DNA from: a virus
Lineage: Duplodnaviria; Caudoviricetes
Reading direction: 5' to 3' (one strand)
Virus record (IMG/VR): IMGVR_UViG_3300025168_017853
Coordinates: 1 to 57,093 of that record
DNA: 57,093 nucleotides
The notes beneath the pieces are model-generated. The model was not told the DNA's origin. It did not search any database and was given only the letters and a program-made list of their open reading frames with translations. Shown here one piece after another: positions 45,531-55,473 of the stretch (its first letter is position 1; each line of letters starts with the position of its first letter). A program made the translations under genes and the position numbers.

Positions 45531-47987
45531 CTATGATACGTCGCCTCTTCTAAGAACAACCTGGATGGTATCACCAGCTTCGAGAGCAAACTCAAACTTA
45601 ATTCTACCGGCTGATGAACCTGGGTAGAAGTCTTTGTTTGCACCGGCGTTTGCGCCTTCGGACATTAGCTGGCCGTTGACGTATACCTCTCTTTGTTTTG
45701 AGTTACCATCTGTATAATCTGCACCGAGACCGGTATTTAAGTCAGTGTTTGAAGCAAGTGTCGCCGTGATATCAATTTCAGCTTTCTGCACCAAGAATGA
45801 CTGCATGTAAGTAATCATATCAAGCATAGAAACCTGCTTCATTGTGCCTGCATCGTTAACAACAACTCTGTCAGCATCAACTAAGGTAGTTGAAGTAGCT
45901 GAAGTGTCGCCGTCCATGATGTTGAGCTCAGTACCTGTTGCAGTAATACCCACGCCGCCGTAAGAAAGCTTACCTGCTGTGAAGTCTGTTACTTGGCTTG
46001 CATCGATAGTAAATGCTGTGGTTGAACCATGTGCAGCACCGAGACCAAATTCAAGCTTATCAGTGCCGTCATCAAGACCAATACGGTAGTCTTGAGCATT
46101 ACCATCAAAGACGAGAAGCGTATCTTCAGCACCTGCATCACCGATAACAAGTTTTGGAGTTGTTCCGCCAAGAACCATACCTGCAGCAGGTAGAGCAAAT
46201 CTTAGCTGATCAGTACCGTTTTCGTCGTACTCAATTGAAGCATCACCTGCTGCGCCAAACTCAAGCTTAGTATCATCGCTGATTCTTAAGCTTGCGCCGG
46301 CGTATAGAAGAGTGTCAGAACCTGCTTCATCATACTTGAATGAAGCATCATCATTGGTACCGAAGACAAGACCTTTGTCATCAACAAGCTTTGCGCCTGA
46401 GTTTGAAACAAATAATATGTCGGCGCCGCCAGCTTCAAATGCTATTGTATCATCTGAAGGTGAGCGAATTGAAGTATCAGCATCTGCATCAAGATCAATA
46501 CGACCAACGCCATTAAGGTCAATGTCGTCTGCATAAAGCTTACGCCAAGCAACACCGTCAGCTCCAAGATCTTTGGCACTGTCAGAAGAAGGAATTACGT
46601 TACCGTCTGCCTTAACTTCTCCACCTACAGGTGAAAGAACAATGTCAGCTGCTGAAGCAAGCTTAAGATCTGTATCTAGAAAGATTCTATTGTTTGCGTT
46701 TTCAATTTCAATTCTTCCAAGACGTAGCTTGGAGTAAGATGAAGGTGCTGCAAACGAAGATGAAAGTGGGCTTGTTGCACTAACACCAAGATGGAATCTG
46801 TCATCGCCAGAACCACCGTGGTAGAGTGCTGCCTGTTCTGCTGAAAGTGCACCTGCTCCAAAGATGATACCACGTGCCATAGCAGCAGGAGCATAACCGA
46901 CGGAACCTGATGTACCAATGCCGATAATTGAATCTTCAATTGCCATGTTTGCTGTATCAATTGTTGTTGTTGCACCGTTGACATCTAAGTCACCGTTAAT
47001 AACAACGTTTCTTGTAACAGTAAGATCTCTACCAACACCTAAGTCTTGAGCAAAAGATCCATCACCAGTAGCGTCAGCTTGGAATTTTAGAACTCCTGAG
47101 TTGTTCTTGACCTGAAGTTTAGTATCAGCTGTATCTGAGCCTAGTGTTATTGAAACACCATCACCTGCATCTGTACCTTGAGTATCAATGACAAAGTTAT
47201 TAGCAGCAATTGCTGAAATATCTGAGCCGTCGCCGCTAAGGTTTGCACCAGCACCACCAAGCTGAACCTGCTTACCAGAGGCCATCTTAAGTGCAGCAAC
47301 ATCACCATCAAGTCTCATAACTTCAGTGGCTGAGCCGCCGTCGTTTACCTTGAAGATCATGTCTTTGTCTGAAACTAAGGATGCAAGTGTGACATCATCG
47401 CTTGATTCTGTGATGCTAAACTCGTTTCCACCTGCACCAAGTGAAAGGCCAGCTGCGTGAGCAATAACCGTAGCTTGAGCAATATCAACTGAGTCTGCAT
47501 CTACACTAAGTACAACGTTGGAAGCGACCTTAAGATCGACGCCACCGCTTGCGTGAACAGCACGAAGTACAATAGAGTCTGCAGCTGCTTCACCGGCTTC
47601 TAAGACTAGTGAACCTGCAACCGATTCTACTGTAAGATCGCCTGCTGCGGTAGAAACCTTACCAGCGTCAGTCATTAGGACGTCGCCTTCAAGGTGCAGA
47701 TCTTGCCAAGCAGCAGATGCTGAGCCTAAGTCAAGACTATCGTCTGCATTAGGGACAAGGTCATGATGAAAAGTTCCAGCTGAGGCTGCTGCAAAAGAAC
47801 CAGCGCCGTGAATTCTTTTAACTGCTGATGCCATTTCTGAAAGGACACCTACCATAGAACCGGAAAGAATTCCAACAGAGGCAAGTGTTGAAGAGCCTTC
47901 TGCTCTTGAATCAATGATTCCGCCTTCGAAATCACCGAAAGAACCAGTTACCTGGTTAAGTCTTAATCTTGTTTTGAAATTAGCCAT
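45531..47987 (-). CDS. Tail fibre-like / virion structural protein
   Basis: 818 aa, G/A/S/D-rich beta repeats; two DLG..W..L motifs; C-term VYVNGQLM..G..DF. Confidence 0.7.
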   Translation of the reverse strand: MANFKTRLRLNQVTGSFGDFEGGIIDSRAEGSSTLASVGILSGSMVGVLSEMASAVKRIHGAGSFAAASAGTFHHDLVPNADDSLDLGSASAAWQDLHLEGDVLMTDAGKVSTAAGDLTVESVAGSLVLEAGEAAADSIVLRAVHASGGVDLKVASNVVLSVDADSVDIAQATVIAHAAGLSLGAGGNEFSITESSDDVTLASLVSDKDMIFKVNDGGSATEVMRLDGDVAALKMASGKQVQLGGAGANLSGDGSDISAIAANNFVIDTQGTDAGDGVSITLGSDTADTKLQVKNNSGVLKFQADATGDGSFAQDLGVGRDLTVTRNVVINGDLDVNGATTTIDTANMAIEDSIIGIGTSGSVGYAPAAMARGIIFGAGALSAEQAALYHGGSGDDRFHLGVSATSPLSSSFAAPSSYSKLRLGRIEIENANNRIFLDTDLKLASAADIVLSPVGGEVKADGNVIPSSDSAKDLGADGVAWRKLYADDIDLNGVGRIDLDADADTSIRSPSDDTIAFEAGGADILFVSNSGAKLVDDKGLVFGTNDDASFKYDEAGSDTLLYAGASLRISDDTKLEFGAAGDASIEYDENGTDQLRFALPAAGMVLGGTTPKLVIGDAGAEDTLLVFDGNAQDYRIGLDDGTDKLEFGLGAAHGSTTAFTIDASQVTDFTAGKLSYGGVGITATGTELNIMDGDTSATSTTLVDADRVVVNDAGTMKQVSMLDMITYMQSFLVQKAEIDITATLASNTDLNTGLGADYTDGNSKQREVYVNGQLMSEGANAGANKDFYPGSSAGRIKFEFALEAGDTIQVVLRRGDVS

Positions 47988-48090
47988 TATTTACTCCTAA
48001 GTTAATTTTTTATAGCTTTTGTGACATTAACTAGTGGACTTTTACTATGACTTGAACTTTAACGGTTATAAATATCGAGATAGAATTGTA

Positions 48091-48486
48091 TTAACTCTTA
48101 TAAATAATATTTTTTAGATTTTTTATGTGTGCATCAAACTTTGCAGCTTCACTATTAACATATTCAATAGACATTTGAAATGCCTGACCAGATGGATCTT
48201 CAAACTTAAACATAAATCTACCTCCTTTTTGAACAGAAGCGTCAGATAACTTAAGACCTCGCATCATTAAATACGCAGCAATTGCTAAGTCTGATGTTTG
48301 AAAATAGTTCACATTATAATTATTGCGTTTCATGCTAGTTGGACTCATTAGTTGTGTAATTTGCCATAATAATACTTCCTTGCCCAGGAATTGAAGATGT
48401 TGTAAAAAATATATTTGATCCTGTAATACTATAGTCTTGATACGGTGCGCCGGTGGCGGCAGTTGCAGGCATTTGAAGTAGTCCAT
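48091..48486 (-). CDS. DUF5659-like small protein (start probably near 48333)
   Basis: FQTSDLAIAAYL..G..L....F.F pattern. Confidence 0.6.
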   Translation of the reverse strand: MDYFKCLQLPPPAHRIKTIVLQDQIYFLQHLQFLGKEVLLWQITQLMSPTSMKRNNYNVNYFQTSDLAIAAYLMMRGLKLSDASVQKGGRFMFKFEDPSGQAFQMSIEYVNSEAAKFDAHIKNLKNIIYKS

Positions 48487-49357
48487 TTAAATATATTGAA
48501 ATATTCTTAGATTCAGTAGGCGTTTTCAAAAGAGTGAAAAAAGTATTTAGATTGCTGCCTGTGCCTAAATACTCATTAAATATAAAGTTTGGAGAACTAA
48601 TTTCTAAGGAACCGTTAGATTGTGTAACGACAGCAATAGAGCCTGCTTGCTTTATAAAGCTTGTGCCATTTGGTAGCTTAGTCAAAGATCCAGATAGCCC
48701 ACTAGAAAAAGTCGATGCATCTTGAAAAGTTGTGAGTCCTGCTTCTACTTCAAAACCTGAACAGAACAAAGAAGTTGAATTAAACGTCATCGGGCCGTCA
48801 AATATAGTGTTTCCTACAACTTGCATGCCACCACCAATTTTCAGAGGAGAACCACCATGAAGTGTTCCTGATATTACTACGTCACCACCAAAAAGTGCAG
48901 TACCTCTTACAGCAGAACCTTGTGAGTTTTTTGAACCAGATACAAAAAAGTTAACATCAGGATAGCTACCTTCATCTGTTGAGGACGCCGCGCCACCAGA
49001 CAAGAACATGATCTTAGCACTATTTGCTGATATAGAATCTTGTACTTCTAGATTTCCAGAAACAAGTAAGTGTCCTGAAGCAACTTCATCTACTTCTATT
49101 ACTTGCCTTTCTGCATACAGTGTCCCTGATACTACTAAGTCGCCACCGAATACAGAAACGCCTACATTTAAAGAATTTTTTGAACCAATCGCGCCGCTTA
49201 TAAATAGTGCAGTATCAGTCCCTAAAGACAGGCCTGTTTGAAGCCCACCAGACGCTGTGTTAAACAGTATATTAGTGGGCTCAAAGCCTCCAAACAAATT
49301 TGATGATTGAATTACTCCAACCGAACCCGAAGATTCTGTAATTCTAATTGCTGCCAT
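48335..49357 (-). CDS. Virion structural/fibre-like protein
   Basis: Repeated FGGD.V.SGTL motifs; C-term IYLNGLLQ....DY. Confidence 0.7.
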   Translation of the reverse strand: MAAIRITESSGSVGVIQSSNLFGGFEPTNILFNTASGGLQTGLSLGTDTALFISGAIGSKNSLNVGVSVFGGDLVVSGTLYAERQVIEVDEVASGHLLVSGNLEVQDSISANSAKIMFLSGGAASSTDEGSYPDVNFFVSGSKNSQGSAVRGTALFGGDVVISGTLHGGSPLKIGGGMQVVGNTIFDGPMTFNSTSLFCSGFEVEAGLTTFQDASTFSSGLSGSLTKLPNGTSFIKQAGSIAVVTQSNGSLEISSPNFIFNEYLGTGSNLNTFFTLLKTPTESKNISIYLNGLLQMPATAATGAPYQDYSITGSNIFFTTSSIPGQGSIIMANYTTNESN

Positions 49358-49411
49358 TTATAACTCAACTTAACTTTAAATTTTACTAGGACATTGAATC
49401 CTTCTTAAAAA

Positions 49412-49867
49412 TCAATATTTTAATTTCTGGTTAATCATGTAGGCAAAAGATTCATACTGATTGCAAGCTGCAGCAAGAAAATCGTCCATGCCTAGTGATA
49501 AAGCTCCTTCTTTTTCTAGTGTTAATTTTAAAGCCTCGAGTGCTTTAATGTGGTCTACAATTAAAACAAGCGAATACATTGAAATTTGAGAATCAGGTAA
49601 ATTTGCAGGTGATTCATAATTTTGCAATGTTTGTGCTGCTATTGACGAAACTAATAGCGGACAACCGCATTCTTCATCGTTTAACTGATATATCATTTTT
49701 TCTACAATTGTATCAAAATCCTTACTTATTGTCTCGTAGATTCTACCATACAAAAGTTCGTGGTTTGCAACAAACGCGGGCCCTTTTGTCAGATGATGTG
49801 CCGCATGCATCCACATTTCAACAGCTTTAAAAGATCCGATTGTTGACAAAGCTATTTCTTTTAACAT
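49412..49867 (-). CDS. Dps/ferritin-like protein
   Basis: H..H...G..F...HELLY..IYE.....D...EK pattern. Confidence 0.75.
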   Translation of the reverse strand: MLKEIALSTIGSFKAVEMWMHAAHHLTKGPAFVANHELLYGRIYETISKDFDTIVEKMIYQLNDEECGCPLLVSSIAAQTLQNYESPANLPDSQISMYSLVLIVDHIKALEALKLTLEKEGALSLGMDDFLAAACNQYESFAYMINQKLKY

Positions 49868-49901
49868 TTCTTCTCCTAAGATAAATATCTCGAAAATTAA
49901 A

Positions 49902-49932
49902 AAAAGACACCTTTATTTAAAAGGTGTCTTTT
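49902..49932. terminator. Intrinsic terminator (bidirectional-type)
   Basis: AAAAGACACCTTT / AAAGGTGTCTTTT inverted repeat. Confidence 0.8.
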
Positions 49933-49952
49933 GTAAAAATTATAAATACTGC

Positions 49953-50555
49953 CTAGTCAAAATCAATACTTACATCAATTTTAACATTAATCTTTGGAAT
50001 TCGAGTATGATTAATTATTCCAATGCTTTTGCATTCATCTGCCTCTAAAAACCAGTCAGCGTGCCCTCTTTTGTGAATTTCTTTTAAGAAGTAGTCTTCT
50101 GGCTTTCCGCAGTTTTGAGCCATAATTTTAAAAATCTTTTTATTTAATCTGTCTGTTTCAGCTGCTGATGCTTTTACTTCTTCATTTTTACCATGCTGTC
50201 CTGATGCTACATCATGAATCATTACAGTTGCGTCTGGATCCATGTATCTCATTCCCGCCTCACCGCAAGTTAATAAAACAGCACCACATGACATTGCCTT
50301 ACCCTCAGTAATTGTTGCAACAGGAAGCGGTGATGCCCTTATTGTTGCAAGCATAGACATAAGAGAATAAACTTGACCTCCGTATGAGTCTATAACAACA
50401 GGAATTACTTTTTGACCTGTATTCTGAGCCATTGAAAACTTGTTTCTAAAGTCTTCTGCTGACTGCTCATCAAACTTATTTACTGTAACAATAATTGGAT
50501 TGTTAGATAGTTCAAACTCTTTTAGTAGATTTGACGCTTCAAATTTCCATAACAT
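49953..50555 (-). CDS. clpP: ClpP-like serine protease
   Basis: IDSYGGQV, AMSCG (Ser), MIHD (His), DWFL. Confidence 0.88.
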   Translation of the reverse strand: MLWKFEASNLLKEFELSNNPIIVTVNKFDEQSAEDFRNKFSMAQNTGQKVIPVVIDSYGGQVYSLMSMLATIRASPLPVATITEGKAMSCGAVLLTCGEAGMRYMDPDATVMIHDVASGQHGKNEEVKASAAETDRLNKKIFKIMAQNCGKPEDYFLKEIHKRGHADWFLEADECKSIGIINHTRIPKINVKIDVSIDFD

Positions 50556-50573
50556 GTTCTTTTCTCCTTTTAT

Positions 50574-53162
50574 TTAAGAACACTTGCTCATTCCACAAGA
50601 TTTGCATGTTACACATCCTTCTTGATAGACTAAGCTTCCTTCAGCTCCACAATGTTCGCAAGTTTTATCTCCACCGACTGATCCGTCGGGAATGTAGTTT
50701 TTAAGGCATCTTGCTATTACCTTACTAAAGCTAAACAAGTCAGCTTCTCTATCTTTTTGTAACTGCTCTACAATGTATTGAATTGGTGCGCCATGACGAA
50801 GTGCTAGTGATATAGTTCTAGTATACCCGGCATGATTTGGATTGTCAAAGACAGAAACAACATCTTTTATAACAAACTCATCTTCATCGACGCCACAATG
50901 CAAATCATACTTTGAAAGAACTGTTTTTCTTTGTCTTCTTCTAATTTCTCCATAGCGGTGCTTTTTCGGTATTTCTACATATTTACTAAGCCCACCGATG
51001 ATTTCATATGGGCGGCCCGCTAGAAGACCAAGTAAGATGGTCCATTTTTCACCTTTGATAGTTGCATGATGTATTTCGCAAGGAAGAACCTCAGGACGTT
51101 TTGGTGCTGTATTGTCAACAAATTTCATTGCTGACCTGTCATCGTTGGTTTTTTCTGTTTTGCTTACTAGTACTCCAGATCTACTTCCGTCTCGATAGAC
51201 AGTGATCCCCTTACAACCGCTTTCCCAGCCACGCATATAAACTTGCTTGACAGTTTCTACATCAATGTCAGCAGGAAGGTTTGTAGTGTTTGAAATTGCG
51301 TGGCATACCCACTTTTGAGCAGCAGCTTGTAGATCTACTTTAGCAACCCAGTCAATCTCGTTGGCAGTTGCGCCTGCATACGGGCTCGATCCTACTAAAT
51401 CTTCTACTGGGTACATCTTTAAATCTTCTTCGCTTAGCGTTTCCATCCACGACTTAAAACCATGATGATAGACTGGAAACTCTGACCACTTGTCCCCTAA
51501 GTCATCAACAAAGTCTACACTGGCATCTGCATCATTTGGGTTAATCTTCTTTCGGCGAGTGTAGTGAAGCATAAATGCTGGTTCAATCCCGCTTGTTGTC
51601 TGAGTGAGAACAGAAACAGAGCCTGCAGGTGCTGTTGTAGTGTTGGCAATATTTCTACGTCCAAAATGAGCATTCCAGTATCTTGCAGGCCAATGTTCTC
51701 CCATAGGTCCGGCTGAAGGTAGAATTCCTGACTCATCAATCGCATCAAAAATTCTAGCTAAGAAAGGATGATCTTCTTCTCTACTTGGGTCATGAACTAC
51801 AAACGCACCTCTTTCTTTTGCCATAACCATTGAAGAAACATATGAATTAACAGCGAGCGCTTGATATATTAATTCAGTCATTCTAATACTGGCCTTGCTA
51901 CCGTATTTAATACTCAGCATTGCCAGTGCGTCGCCGATGCCTGTAATACCTAAACCAGTTCTGCGACCATTTACAGCTTGCTCTTTAACCTTGTTCCAGA
52001 GATTAATTTCTGGTTGTTTTACTTCTAGTGCTTCTGGGTCTGCTTTAATCTTTGCAAGAATCTTATCAATTTTTTCTATTTCTAGATCGATCATGTCGTC
52101 CATGAGCCGCTGTGCTTTTTGTGAAACTTCTCCAAAATGTGCAAAGTCAAACTCAGCATTATCAATCCAGGCGTTTTTAACAAAAGAAGTAAGGTTGATA
52201 AGCATCAATCTGCAGCTGTCATAGGGAGAAAGAATAATCTCTCCGCAAGGATTAGTAGAGGTCGAGCCAAAGCCTTCTGCTTTGTAGATGTCAGACGGCG
52301 TCATACGCTTTGCTGTATCCCAAAACAGAAGGCCAGGCTCGGCTGCCGCGTGAGCAGATTCAACTATTTCATGCCAAAGTTCTTTAGCACTCACCCATTC
52401 TTCTACAATAGGCTGCTCTTTGGTGTCAACTGGGAAACGCAGGTTTATTGGATCACCCCCTCGGACCGCGCACATAAATTCCTCAGTAAGTCTTATTGAA
52501 ATGTTGGCTCCTGTCACACGCGACAGATCTCTCTTAATTCTAATAAAGTCTCTTATTTGTGGATGGTGTACTGATAGTGTTATCATCAGTGCACCTCTTC
52601 TTCCTCCTTGCGCGACTTCACGGCAAGAATTGGAAAATCTATCTAAAAATACCTCTAGACCAGACGTTGTTTTTGCTGCATTTGAAGTAGGCATGTCTTT
52701 TGGTCTAATGTTTGACACATCAAAACCTACTCCTCCGCGGCGTTTCATAATTTGAACTTGTTCTTGATCAGTCTTTAAAATACCACCGTAGCTATCTTCA
52801 GGCGAAGCAATAACAAAACAGTTGGAAATAGATTGTATTTGATGATCGTTACCTATCCCGCTCATAGGTGAACCTTGAGGCACAACATACTTAAATTCTT
52901 TAAGTAAGATATAGATCTCGTCATAACTCATAGGATTAGGATGTTTTGATTCTATCCTTGAAAACTCTAATGCTAGTCTTTTGTGCATATCATCAGGGTT
53001 TTTTTCTAAAAAATTTCCTTCTGCATCTTGAAGCGCATATTTTCCTGCAAAGACACTTGCAGCAAGCTCGTCGCCTTTAAAGTATTCTGTAGATGATTCT
53101 AAAACTTGATTATGTGTATACATTATTTTCTCTTTTACTTGCTCGCTGTTATCTCTTTCCAT
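50574..53162 (-). CDS. nrdJ: Class II (B12-dependent) ribonucleotide reductase (start may be 53123)
   Basis: SNCFV, RRGALM, TNPCGEI, TTAPAG, KGITVYRDGSR, C-terminal Cys cluster. Confidence 0.92.
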   Translation of the reverse strand: MERDNSEQVKEKIMYTHNQVLESSTEYFKGDELAASVFAGKYALQDAEGNFLEKNPDDMHKRLALEFSRIESKHPNPMSYDEIYILLKEFKYVVPQGSPMSGIGNDHQIQSISNCFVIASPEDSYGGILKTDQEQVQIMKRRGGVGFDVSNIRPKDMPTSNAAKTTSGLEVFLDRFSNSCREVAQGGRRGALMITLSVHHPQIRDFIRIKRDLSRVTGANISIRLTEEFMCAVRGGDPINLRFPVDTKEQPIVEEWVSAKELWHEIVESAHAAAEPGLLFWDTAKRMTPSDIYKAEGFGSTSTNPCGEIILSPYDSCRLMLINLTSFVKNAWIDNAEFDFAHFGEVSQKAQRLMDDMIDLEIEKIDKILAKIKADPEALEVKQPEINLWNKVKEQAVNGRRTGLGITGIGDALAMLSIKYGSKASIRMTELIYQALAVNSYVSSMVMAKERGAFVVHDPSREEDHPFLARIFDAIDESGILPSAGPMGEHWPARYWNAHFGRRNIANTTTAPAGSVSVLTQTTSGIEPAFMLHYTRRKKINPNDADASVDFVDDLGDKWSEFPVYHHGFKSWMETLSEEDLKMYPVEDLVGSSPYAGATANEIDWVAKVDLQAAAQKWVCHAISNTTNLPADIDVETVKQVYMRGWESGCKGITVYRDGSRSGVLVSKTEKTNDDRSAMKFVDNTAPKRPEVLPCEIHHATIKGEKWTILLGLLAGRPYEIIGGLSKYVEIPKKHRYGEIRRRQRKTVLSKYDLHCGVDEDEFVIKDVVSVFDNPNHAGYTRTISLALRHGAPIQYIVEQLQKDREADLFSFSKVIARCLKNYIPDGSVGGDKTCEHCGAEGSLVYQEGCVTCKSCGMSKCS

Positions 53163-54511
53163 TTAGATTTTAACATGTCTTTTGTTCCCGTATTATGAGA
53201 TTCATAAATATCTACAAGTGACATTTGAGAAGCATCTTCTATTATCTCTATTTTTGATCTAGCTGTATCTATTTTAACAGGAAATAGAATTCCGTCTTTT
53301 CCTGCTCTGTTTTTAGCAACAAAAATTCTTCCCATTCCAGATGCTTTTTCTGCGGGTTTTCTAGATATAGAGACAACAATGTCAGCTACCATAGCTTTTC
53401 CATACGCTTCGGACATGTTTTCTAGGCCAACAACTTCAGAATTTGATGCCTCTCTGTTTGCTTGAGAAGCAGTCCACACAGGAATGTTCATTTCCATTGC
53501 AAGATTTCTTAATTCTTCATATACCAATTTTAATTCATGCCTGAGTGAATCATATTGACGTGTTGACCTCATAATATCAGCATAGTCTAAAACAATTAAA
53601 GAAGGCACAAAGTCTTTCATTGAGAGCTTTTCTATGTGATTTCTAATTGTTACTATGCTGGCAGAACCTGTTGGGTACTGCTTAATAATTAACCTTCCAT
53701 GATTGTTATTTTCATAATATTCTAGAACTTTTTCTTTATTTTCAACAATGTCGGAAGAGTCAATTCCAGTTAAGTTACTGTCATATCTAATGCCTACAGC
53801 TGTCTCTGACAATTCAAAAGTATAGTGAATTACATTTTTGCCTCTTCTGAGTGCCTCAGCACCCATTGCAACAAGCCAGTGTGACTTTCCTACTCCCGTA
53901 GGCGCAACAATTACACCAATTTCTCCTCTAGAAAGACCTCCGTTAAATACATCTTTTGCATCGAGATGTGATAAACCAGTAGGGCAGCAAATTCTATTAA
54001 TCTTTGCAAATCTTGCTTCATGGTCTTTGAAAAAGATATGGCCAACTGACGAACCTGATCCTTTAGACACTGCGTCTTTCATAATGTTTAAGACAGCTTC
54101 GTAGTTTTCGCCTTGAATTGCCTTGACGCTATCTTCTAGTGCTTGTTGCAAAACTTGCTTTTTGCAAAAGTCAAGAGTTTTTTCTTTAACGTATTCTAAG
54201 TCGCCTAAGTTTGGTGACGATTTTACTCTGGACAAGAATTCAATTACTTGACCTTTAAGAATAACATCGTCACCTTCTGTCAATTCGTCTCTAATGATTG
54301 AAACAAGAAGACTTAGTGTTGGAAAACTTTTATACTTTAAGTAAAACCCAAAGAATCTGTCACACAAATACTGTAAATACTTAAGTTCAAAGTATTCATG
54401 TGTCATTACTTCAACCATCTGTGTTGCCCATTGCTGGTCTTTTAAAAGTGATTGAAATATTTTTTCTTGAAAGTCTTTTCCGTACTTAGAAAAGTGATTT
54501 TCATAACTCAT
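53135..54511 (-). CDS. Replicative DNA helicase (DnaB / T4 gp41-like)
   Basis: APTGVGKS, TFELSE, LDYAD, WTASQANR, KNRAG. Confidence 0.92.
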   Translation of the reverse strand: MSYENHFSKYGKDFQEKIFQSLLKDQQWATQMVEVMTHEYFELKYLQYLCDRFFGFYLKYKSFPTLSLLVSIIRDELTEGDDVILKGQVIEFLSRVKSSPNLGDLEYVKEKTLDFCKKQVLQQALEDSVKAIQGENYEAVLNIMKDAVSKGSGSSVGHIFFKDHEARFAKINRICCPTGLSHLDAKDVFNGGLSRGEIGVIVAPTGVGKSHWLVAMGAEALRRGKNVIHYTFELSETAVGIRYDSNLTGIDSSDIVENKEKVLEYYENNNHGRLIIKQYPTGSASIVTIRNHIEKLSMKDFVPSLIVLDYADIMRSTRQYDSLRHELKLVYEELRNLAMEMNIPVWTASQANREASNSEVVGLENMSEAYGKAMVADIVVSISRKPAEKASGMGRIFVAKNRAGKDGILFPVKIDTARSKIEIIEDASQMSLVDIYESHNTGTKDMLKSKWKEITASK

Positions 54512-55473
54512 TTAATAGTGCCTTTTTTTAAATTACGTAGAAGATAATTCCACCTTAAGGGATCAATAGTTCTTATAGATGATGCCTTTAAGATTTTTTG
54601 CATATTCATATTATTCCATGCAGGAATGAAATTTTCAATATCACTTTCAATTTTTTGCATATGACTCAAAGATAGATTGTTTGTATCAAGAAGCACTAGC
54701 TTGTTGTTTCTCTTAATTAAGTCTTCGTTATTTACAATGTTTTCAAAGATTTTTGGACCCTTAGGTTTAATCATTGATTTTGCATCTACGACCATGTCAT
54801 AGAGCATATATTCGTGAGACTCTGTTAACTTCTGAAACCTCTTGGAAAGACTCTTATATCCTACACCTTTAACCCCCGGGATGTTGTCTGAAGTGTCTCC
54901 TGTGATACTCTTTGCTAAGCAAAAATTATTAGGGTGAATTCCAAATCTTTCAATTACCTTATCTTTGTCGACAAAACCTTTTAACGTAGGTGACCATATG
55001 ATTGTAGATTCATTGACAAGCTGATAAAAGTCATGATCGGAAGAGACTATGATTTTGTTCTTTTCTTTAAGCAAATATTTTGACAAATACCCTATTGCGT
55101 CATCAGCCTCAGCACCTGATATGTAAGTCTGACAAACTGGTATGCAGCCTAAAATAGATATCAGCGTTTTTAGTTGAAAGTTTCTATTTTCATATGTAGA
55201 AGGAATGTCGCCTTCGTAGTACCTGTTTAATTTTTGTGGCTTTGATCCTTTTTTATAATCTTTATAAAGGCCTCTTTTTTTATTTGATCCGCCGCCTTCC
55301 CAAACTACTACAACACCTTCAGGTTTGCATTTTTCTACAAGTCTCATCATTGCATTATAAAAACCAGATATTCCGCCTACGTGATCTCCGTTTTCAGACA
55401 TTGCAGGATTTGCAATAAAATGTCTTGTAAAAAGATTTAGTCCATCTATTAGCAGAATTCTATTTTTATACAT
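54508..55473 (-). CDS. 5'-3' exonuclease (PolA N-terminal-like)
   Basis: LIDGLNLF, EADDAI, SSDHDF, GDTSDNIPGVKGVG. Confidence 0.9.
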   Translation of the reverse strand: MYKNRILLIDGLNLFTRHFIANPAMSENGDHVGGISGFYNAMMRLVEKCKPEGVVVVWEGGGSNKKRGLYKDYKKGSKPQKLNRYYEGDIPSTYENRNFQLKTLISILGCIPVCQTYISGAEADDAIGYLSKYLLKEKNKIIVSSDHDFYQLVNESTIIWSPTLKGFVDKDKVIERFGIHPNNFCLAKSITGDTSDNIPGVKGVGYKSLSKRFQKLTESHEYMLYDMVVDAKSMIKPKGPKIFENIVNNEDLIKRNNKLVLLDTNNLSLSHMQKIESDIENFIPAWNNMNMQKILKASSIRTIDPLRWNYLLRNLKKGTIK

